From the NCBI GenBank assembly GCA_965199825.1, contig OZ241329.1, positions 1,344,001 to 1,408,000 of the forward strand: a stretch of 64,000 bases of DNA. Direction: 5' to 3'. The notes under the pieces are model-generated. The model did no database searches and had not been told where the DNA came from. It saw only the letters and a program-made list of their open reading frames with translations. Position 1 is the stretch's first letter; every line of letters begins with the position of its first letter. This document shows positions 57,435-64,000 of the stretch, piece by piece. The DNA is from Bdellovibrionales bacterium (GTDB taxonomy: Bacteria > Bdellovibrionota > Bdellovibrionia > Bdellovibrionales > UBA1609). Made by a program: the position numbers and the translations under genes.

Positions 57435-57559
57435 ATTTAAATCGTAACCGAGCTTGTAGGAGTCGTCTAGATTGAAGAGGCATTTTCTGAAGGCTGGCTT
57501 TTAACCCTTATTCGCGCTATTGCAGATTCGAAGTTTTGTTAAATAAAGGGCAAAAAAAA

Positions 57560-58639
57560 ATGATTCAAAAAATTAAGTTTTGTATCTTCGCTGTTGGCTT
57601 AACTTCTCAAATAAGTTTGGCCACAACAAATTCAGAGCCGCCAAAGGGTCAGGATCCGTGTCTCCAGCTTTTTGCTGAAACCAACTTGCCCAGTGGACTT
57701 CTCAGTCTTGAAACACAATATGCAAAACTCCATGTGATGACAGACTCTAAGTTAACCGCAAGGGTTCATCAACTCTACCAACTTGCACGGCAGTTCATCG
57801 AGTTTGGTGCGGATCGTCGTTATCAATCCTCGGCCGTGAATAGTTCGATCGAGGTCGTCACTTTAAGAGGTGGATTTACCGATATCAAAGTTACCGATGT
57901 GATTGATGATCTAAAAAGGCCCCTTATCATTCAATCCCTGCGCGACGCTGGGATTCAGCCTGAAATGTGGGTGAGCCGTGTTGGTGAACGTGTGCCGACC
58001 CATAACTATTTCGGCAGGTATTCGACCATTGTTGAATACGAATACGCATTGAGTACTATTTTAAGATATTTGATCGATAAAAAAAATGATGATCGTAACG
58101 GCTTTAATCTGGCTGCAATTTTAGATCGACTCATTCGCAAGCATCAACTCTACATGGGCCTTGCGCCTGAACTTCAGGTTGCGCTTGATCATGATTTTAC
58201 TCTTGCAGGCTTCAATAGTTTTGAGGGTCCAATTTTACCTAATCATTATCCAGTGGGGAGTTTTGTTGGTCAGCAGATGATCACCTCGATTCGACTTCAG
58301 CGCGACAAAGATGGAAAAACTGATCGCGAACGACTGGTCGTCCAACTAGAACGTTGGAAAAATATTTTACACTTTGTTCAAGAAAGCAAAACTGTGCCCG
58401 TCGAGCTTCGGCCTCTCGACGTCACAGATTTGACCGTAGATAAAGCAAAGTCACATATAACCACATTGACTGAGCTCCTCTCATTACCTGAAATTAAAGA
58501 AGGTATCGTTGAAGGAGTGATAGATAGAGTGTATCCCGCCGGCTTCGATATTATTCAGAGCGATGGAACAAAACTTGTGTTGAACACCAATTATGGAGTT
58601 ATTTTTAATGGAGGAATTGCGATTCGTAGTCCAAAATAA
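57560..58639 (+). CDS. hypothetical secreted protein
   Basis: signal peptide ending SLA, then DPCLQLFA. Confidence 0.7.
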   Translation: MIQKIKFCIFAVGLTSQISLATTNSEPPKGQDPCLQLFAETNLPSGLLSLETQYAKLHVMTDSKLTARVHQLYQLARQFIEFGADRRYQSSAVNSSIEVVTLRGGFTDIKVTDVIDDLKRPLIIQSLRDAGIQPEMWVSRVGERVPTHNYFGRYSTIVEYEYALSTILRYLIDKKNDDRNGFNLAAILDRLIRKHQLYMGLAPELQVALDHDFTLAGFNSFEGPILPNHYPVGSFVGQQMITSIRLQRDKDGKTDRERLVVQLERWKNILHFVQESKTVPVELRPLDVTDLTVDKAKSHITTLTELLSLPEIKEGIVEGVIDRVYPAGFDIIQSDGTKLVLNTNYGVIFNGGIAIRSPK

Positions 58640-58665
58640 AATCTGTTTATATCAGAAATGGTCTT

Positions 58666-59346
58666 TTAGCTCAATTCAATCTCTGCTTCAAGATCCTTCA
58701 AATACCGCTTCATACTTTCAACCCGACGAGATCCTTCTTTGCGACCCGTTGCAGTCTTTAAAGTCTCGGCTGTTTTAAAAAGTTTTGCGAAAAAGTGGTC
58801 TACGGTAAACGTGCCATCATCAGGTGTGCGCTCTGTGCAAAATGGATCTTGTTCTGAATAAAACGGTCTTTTTAAAAGTCCTGCGGTTGCAAAACATCGG
58901 GCAATCCCGATGGCGCCCAATCCATCGAGGCGATCGGCATCTTGAACAATCTGTGATTCTAAAGTTTTCGCCGCGATATTTGCACTAAAGCTGTGGGCCG
59001 CAATCGCATGAGCGATGTCATCGAAATATTGTGCGGGGTATGCGATCTCTTTTAAAAATTTTAATGCGGCATCGGCCGAGAGTTGCGAGGCTTGTTTTCG
59101 TCTTGGATCATCTTTAGGGATAATCACAAAATCATGAAGCCAGGCTGCGGGCAAAACGATTTCTAATTTTCCATTTTCTTGAGCACACAAATTTTTTGCG
59201 GTAGCGACCACTCTTTTAAAATGCAAAACATCGTGAGCAGGATCAACGCTCGATGCAATTTGTGAAATTCGAGCAGAAAATAATTTTTCGAATTTTGAGA
59301 AGTCCACCGCATTGAATGTATCTTGCCAAACCGCATAGGCAAGCAC
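58666..59346 (-). CDS. HD-domain phosphohydrolase (YedJ-like)
   Basis: DPAHD..HFKRV, AAWLHD, HSFS, QDADRLDGLGAIGIAR, DHFFAKL. Confidence 0.92.
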   Translation of the reverse strand: MLAYAVWQDTFNAVDFSKFEKLFSARISQIASSVDPAHDVLHFKRVVATAKNLCAQENGKLEIVLPAAWLHDFVIIPKDDPRRKQASQLSADAALKFLKEIAYPAQYFDDIAHAIAAHSFSANIAAKTLESQIVQDADRLDGLGAIGIARCFATAGLLKRPFYSEQDPFCTERTPDDGTFTVDHFFAKLFKTAETLKTATGRKEGSRRVESMKRYLKDLEAEIELS

Positions 59347-59421
59347 TCAATATCAGTTTCGCGTCTCAAGGTGAGACTTCGGCTATCAATGCCATGGCTT
59401 GTCCGATAAACTAGAGACAGC

Positions 59422-60528
59422 ATGAACAGACTCAAAAAAACTGCGCTCCTTATATTTCTTGGCTTTACCGCTGGCGGTTTTCAAAATTGCAGCTCGGGCT
59501 ATCGCGCAATGAATGGGGATGTCACCTTGCTCTCGTCGCCGCCTGCATCGCCAGAGCCTTCGCCCACACCATCGGCGTCCACCCCTATCGATGAGTCGCG
59601 ACAGCGCGGGTTTGCTACCGCCGCGTTGCTCGGTGTGTGGAACAATCCCGCTCGCCTCAATGCGATGCTGGACGATATGATTTCGATCCATGCCTCGTGG
59701 GTCCGGTTTGATTTTCAATGGCAGGCCATTAACGATGTCAGCCTAACGTCTTACAATACTCAGCGCTACGATGCGGTCGTAAAAGCCGCCGTTGCTAAGG
59801 GCATTCAAATTCTTGGGATCATCGATTATTCAAACTCATTGGTGAATGGTGGCAATGATCAAATGGTGCCGCCCGGTGATTTCAAAACTTATGCAATCTA
59901 TTGTTCGTTTTTGGCCAATCACTTTGGCCCGATGGGTGTTCACCATTGGGAAATTTGGAATGAGGAGAACACCGTAGCGTTTTGGAATCCCGGTGCTGAT
60001 GCTGGCTACTTTACAAAAATGCTCAAGCTCGCATATCCAGCTTTAAAAGCGGCCGATCCCTCATCGTTTGTCGTGCTCGGCGGAATGGCGCCGACAGGAG
60101 ATGATGGCGTCAATCAAACTCCACAAACATTTTTGACGGGCGTGTACGCTGCTGGTGGCAAAAATTATTTCGATGCCGTTGGCCATCACCCTTATCTGTA
60201 TTCGGGCGATGACTATTGGTTTTCGAACGCGATTCCTGAACTGCGCCAAATCATGCTGGCCAATAATGATGGCGCCAAAAAAATCTGGCTGACAGAATCG
60301 GGGAGCCCTTCTTCAGGAAATAGCTCGCTCTACACCGAGGCGTGGCAAGCTCAGATCGTTCAACACACATTGCAACTCCATCTGACACTGGATTATCTCG
60401 GACCTGTTTTTATTTACGACTACATGGATGAAGGCACAAACCCCAAAGACATCGAAAGTAATTTTGGCGTTGTTCATCTCGATGGCTCGCCGAAACCGGC
60501 TTACACCGTCTTTAAAAATGCGGAGTAA
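59422..60528 (+). CDS. lipoprotein glycoside hydrolase, clan GH-A (GH5/GH39-like)
   Basis: FQNC lipobox-like motif, Pro/Ser linker, WVRFDF.W, WEIWNEEN, FDAVGHHPY, IWLTESG, FG...DGSPKPAY. Confidence 0.85.
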   Translation: MNRLKKTALLIFLGFTAGGFQNCSSGYRAMNGDVTLLSSPPASPEPSPTPSASTPIDESRQRGFATAALLGVWNNPARLNAMLDDMISIHASWVRFDFQWQAINDVSLTSYNTQRYDAVVKAAVAKGIQILGIIDYSNSLVNGGNDQMVPPGDFKTYAIYCSFLANHFGPMGVHHWEIWNEENTVAFWNPGADAGYFTKMLKLAYPALKAADPSSFVVLGGMAPTGDDGVNQTPQTFLTGVYAAGGKNYFDAVGHHPYLYSGDDYWFSNAIPELRQIMLANNDGAKKIWLTESGSPSSGNSSLYTEAWQAQIVQHTLQLHLTLDYLGPVFIYDYMDEGTNPKDIESNFGVVHLDGSPKPAYTVFKNAE

Positions 60529-60814
60529 GCCAAATTAGAGGGGTTCGCGGTTCCGACAATCAGAAAATATTCGTATGCATGACTTCTTATCCAAACCCAA
60601 AGCTCCGCATAAATATCAATCCGTTTCTTAATTTTTTATTTTAACCTACTTTCATTTACATTAAATAATTTCAATTTATCCCGTATGAATCGACGGTGTT
60701 GGCATGCTCGGCTCTCCGCAATGGATATAATTCCGGTTTGGCAAGCAAGTAATAACGCTGCTCAATGTTTGCAATATTGAACTTCGAAAATATGTTAAGT
60801 AATGCAGTAGACAC

Positions 60815-63800
60815 ATGCAAAGTTTAGAAGCAGACAAACAGCAATCAGAAAAGATCATAAGCTCGATCCAAGCACGGCTTGGATTTGTCCCGCCATTTTA
60901 CGAGCCGGCTCGCCATACACCAGCTATTCTAGCCGATTTATGGTCTCAAACTGTCACGGGCTATCTCGACAACCCAATACCAGTTTTGTTTAAAGAAAAA
61001 CTTGCGGCTCTAATTTCTCGCTTTTGCTCGGTGCCCTACTGCATGATGTGTCACTCAGCCTCCTTAAAGCCCATAGGATATTCTACTGATGACATTATAT
61101 CTTTGGTCGAGAGTGAGGATCCCAATGATTCAACAATTCGAGAGTCCTTAAAAGTTATTCGTGATGCAACACCATTAGATAAATGGCCTGATACAAATTC
61201 AATTCAAGAACAAGCCATTCTTAATCTTTCTGTGGCGATCTTTTTGAATCAAAGTCAGAATGCGATTCGCACCGAGTTTCGCCGTTTTTTACCGCACAAA
61301 CTGTATGACTATTTGATTCTTTTTATAGGTTATAATCGAGTGGCACTCAATTGGGCAGAATCGCATCCTGAGCTGCAATATTCAGAAGATGCCCGCTACA
61401 AAAATTATCTTGCAGATGAGGTGAGACAAAATTCATCGCTTGCTCAGTTTTTTGCGGACTTTAGTGCAAGAATGGTGACTCAATCCCAGCGGCAAGAATC
61501 TTGGCTCTCAAAAGAAAACAAACGGCTTCTAGAAATTGAGCGTTCTCGAATTCAAAGTTATTTTGCACAAGCCCCAGTGGGTTTTGCTGTTTTAAAAGAA
61601 CCAGAACATGTTGTTGCTTTCGCCAATCCTATGTTCAATCATCTCACCCGCGCTCAAGATTCTATTGGCAAAGTGATTCGCAAAGTTCTTCATGGAGAAT
61701 CTTTTTTACCAATTTTTGATTCGTTTGATTCAAGCTTTCGTTCTGGTCAGGGCTACACAGAATATAGCAAACCCTTTGGTCAAGGTGTGTTTGTTGATTT
61801 GCGTGTTGAACCCTATCGTGATGAAAATGAGCGAGTTGCCGGAATCATTATCATTCTTATTGATGTCTCCGAGCGTGAAAAACTCAAACGTGATCTTGAA
61901 AAGGCTGATCGTGAAGCTGAAGAAGCTAAGAATCAATTGGTATCCGCAGTTGCGGCAATGCCAGTGTCCATTGCGCTCTTAAGTGGACCAACACACATCT
62001 ATAAAATTACAAATGCGGCTCATGATCAACTCATTGGAAAACGTGATTATATTGGGAGAGCAGTTGCTGATGTGGTGCCTGAGGCAAAAGATGCGGGAGT
62101 TGTTGATTCACTTGATCAGGTTTACCGAACTGGCAAAACCCATTCAGTCGAACGCACGGAACTGAGTCTCAATCGTCAAAATCTTGGTCTTCAAAAAGTA
62201 ACAATCTCGGTCACTTATCAAGCGATGCGAGACGCTCAAAATAAAATCAATGGGATTCTTGCGACATCCATCGACATGACCGAACAAATTGTTGCGCAAA
62301 AAAAATTAAAAGCAGCCGCCGAAGCAGTAAGGACCGAACGAAATAAGCTGCATGCGATGATTCATTCGTCACCCATTGGCATTGCGCTGACCAACGGACC
62401 AAATTTTACTTTTGAGCTTGTTAACGAAAACTTTGTGAAGCTTGTTGGATTTCGGAATTACATTGGCCGTAATTTGCTGGATGTGTATAGCGAATTACGT
62501 GACTCAGACCTTATCAAGATCCTTCAGCGTGTTTATGAAACAGGCGAGGACTACTCGGCAATAGATGAAAGAATCGTGATAAAAAATGACTCACAACAAA
62601 TGGTCGAACGCTTTTATGATTTTACGTACACAAGGTTACTCAACGAAGAGAGTTCCGATTTTGGTATCCTGATTCAATGCTCGGATGTGAGTGAGCGAGT
62701 CCTTGCTCGAAACGAACTTGAACAGTCAAAGCTTGCAGCTGAGATAGCCAATCAATCTAAGTCACAATTTTTGGCCAATATGTCCCATGAGATCCGCTCT
62801 CCCCTTGGAGCGGTTATGGGTTTTGCAGATCTTTTGCGAAATCCTGAAATCAAACCTGCAGAGCTCATCAATTACGCCAATGTTATTGATCGCAACTCAA
62901 AACATCTTTTGCGAATCGTTGATGATATTTTAGATTTGTCCAAAGTCGAAGCTGGAATGTTGATAGTTGAAGAGATTGAGTTTTCACTTCTCGAATTGCT
63001 TTCTGATTTCTCTTCGATGATGGGCTTTAAAGCACGCGAAAAGGGAATTCAATTTCATTTGCTGTTTAACACAAAGATTCCAAATCCGATTATTTCTGAT
63101 CCCACACGATTGCGGCAGATACTTATGAATATGGTATCTAACGCCATTAAATTTACCGCCAAAGGTTTAATTGAATTGTCTTTGTCATTCGAGAATACCG
63201 CTTTTGTTATGCGAGTGAGCGATACAGGAATTGGGTTAACTGAAGTACAGCAAGCAAAACTGTTTACTCCATTTCAACAAGCGGATTCATCCACCACACG
63301 ACAATACGGCGGAACTGGGCTCGGTTTGGTTTTGACCCGTCGCCTTTGCAATGCCATGGGTGGCAATTTTATTTTGGAAAAATCGATTCCAGGGGTTGGA
63401 ACATCATTTGTCGCCAGCATAAAAATCAATCTTCCTGTTAAAGCTGTAATGATGGATCAACACTTTAAATTTGAACCTGCATCATCAACTAAAACCGAAT
63501 CGAATGAACAGCCTTTAGCAGGGGCTCGCATCCTGCTTATTGAAGATTCGCCAGATAACCAGGTTTTGATTGAGCTTATTCTTAACAAAAGCGGTGCCCA
63601 GGTTGGGGTTGCGAACGATGGTATAGAAGGTGTTCAACTTGCGCTAACAAAAGCTTTTGATGTGGTTTTGTGTGACATGCAAATGCCACGAATGGATGGA
63701 TACGAAACTGTTCGAAAGCTCAGGAGCAGTGGTTATCAGATTCCAATCGTTGCTCTCACTGCCCATGCCATGAAGGAAGAATACACCAAAGCCATGTCGT

Positions 63801-63880
63801 CCGGTTTTAGCGATTATCTCACCAAGCCTATTCAGAAGGCAGAATTGATCACAACACTGACTAAATATTTTAAGGGATAA
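60815..63880 (+). CDS. hybrid histidine kinase with N-terminal AhpD/CMD-like domain, PAS domains and REC
   Basis: GFVPPFY...[21 protein letters not shown]; three PAS-like regions; [16 protein letters not shown] (CDMQMP). Confidence 0.9.
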   Translation: MQSLEADKQQSEKIISSIQARLGFVPPFYEPARHTPAILADLWSQTVTGYLDNPIPVLFKEKLAALISRFCSVPYCMMCHSASLKPIGYSTDDIISLVESEDPNDSTIRESLKVIRDATPLDKWPDTNSIQEQAILNLSVAIFLNQSQNAIRTEFRRFLPHKLYDYLILFIGYNRVALNWAESHPELQYSEDARYKNYLADEVRQNSSLAQFFADFSARMVTQSQRQESWLSKENKRLLEIERSRIQSYFAQAPVGFAVLKEPEHVVAFANPMFNHLTRAQDSIGKVIRKVLHGESFLPIFDSFDSSFRSGQGYTEYSKPFGQGVFVDLRVEPYRDENERVAGIIIILIDVSEREKLKRDLEKADREAEEAKNQLVSAVAAMPVSIALLSGPTHIYKITNAAHDQLIGKRDYIGRAVADVVPEAKDAGVVDSLDQVYRTGKTHSVERTELSLNRQNLGLQKVTISVTYQAMRDAQNKINGILATSIDMTEQIVAQKKLKAAAEAVRTERNKLHAMIHSSPIGIALTNGPNFTFELVNENFVKLVGFRNYIGRNLLDVYSELRDSDLIKILQRVYETGEDYSAIDERIVIKNDSQQMVERFYDFTYTRLLNEESSDFGILIQCSDVSERVLARNELEQSKLAAEIANQSKSQFLANMSHEIRSPLGAVMGFADLLRNPEIKPAELINYANVIDRNSKHLLRIVDDILDLSKVEAGMLIVEEIEFSLLELLSDFSSMMGFKAREKGIQFHLLFNTKIPNPIISDPTRLRQILMNMVSNAIKFTAKGLIELSLSFENTAFVMRVSDTGIGLTEVQQAKLFTPFQQADSSTTRQYGGTGLGLVLTRRLCNAMGGNFILEKSIPGVGTSFVASIKINLPVKAVMMDQHFKFEPASSTKTESNEQPLAGARILLIEDSPDNQVLIELILNKSGAQVGVANDGIEGVQLALTKAFDVVLCDMQMPRMDGYETVRKLRSSGYQIPIVALTAHAMKEEYTKAMSSGFSDYLTKPIQKAELITTLTKYFKG

Positions 63881-64000
63881 AGGGTTTGATCGATTAGCCA
63901 GTGACGTCTTGTGGATGCACGATGTTCGACTTATTTTATGACGGGCGTCACTGAGAGAGTGGAAGATCAAAATCCAACTGCTAATTTTCTTATGCGTCGA

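Overview
Gene-dense, AT-rich bacterial window. The FQNC-type lipoprotein signal, the many orphan secreted proteins and the many hybrid kinases suggest a Bdellovibrionota/Oligoflexia-like genome (inference). It carries housekeeping and stress genes (truC, DTW/TapT-like, alkB-like, katG, catalase-related peroxidase, azoR, nhaA, cdd, AKR, OYE, HIT, MscS), a czcC-czcA-type efflux pair with no adjacent fusion protein, seven histidine kinases, a doubly broken anmK and other interrupted genes. No rRNA, tRNA, canonical CRISPR or transposase was recognised. The most striking signal is the motif GGGCACGAC. It forms (i) a 12-copy, same-strand, irregularly spaced array just upstream of an HNH endonuclease gene, (ii) a 25-copy 19-20 bp tandem repeat about 10 kb away, and (iii) a 13-bp match inside the HNH coding sequence. 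Together these suggest an HNH-associated repeat system. Also notable are a recurrent terminal CxxLL-like motif in secreted orphan proteins, a signal-peptide-bearing peptide deformylase, a candidate secreted ADP-ribosyltransferase, a VHL-beta-domain membrane protein and an AhpD/CMD-like domain fused to a hybrid kinase.
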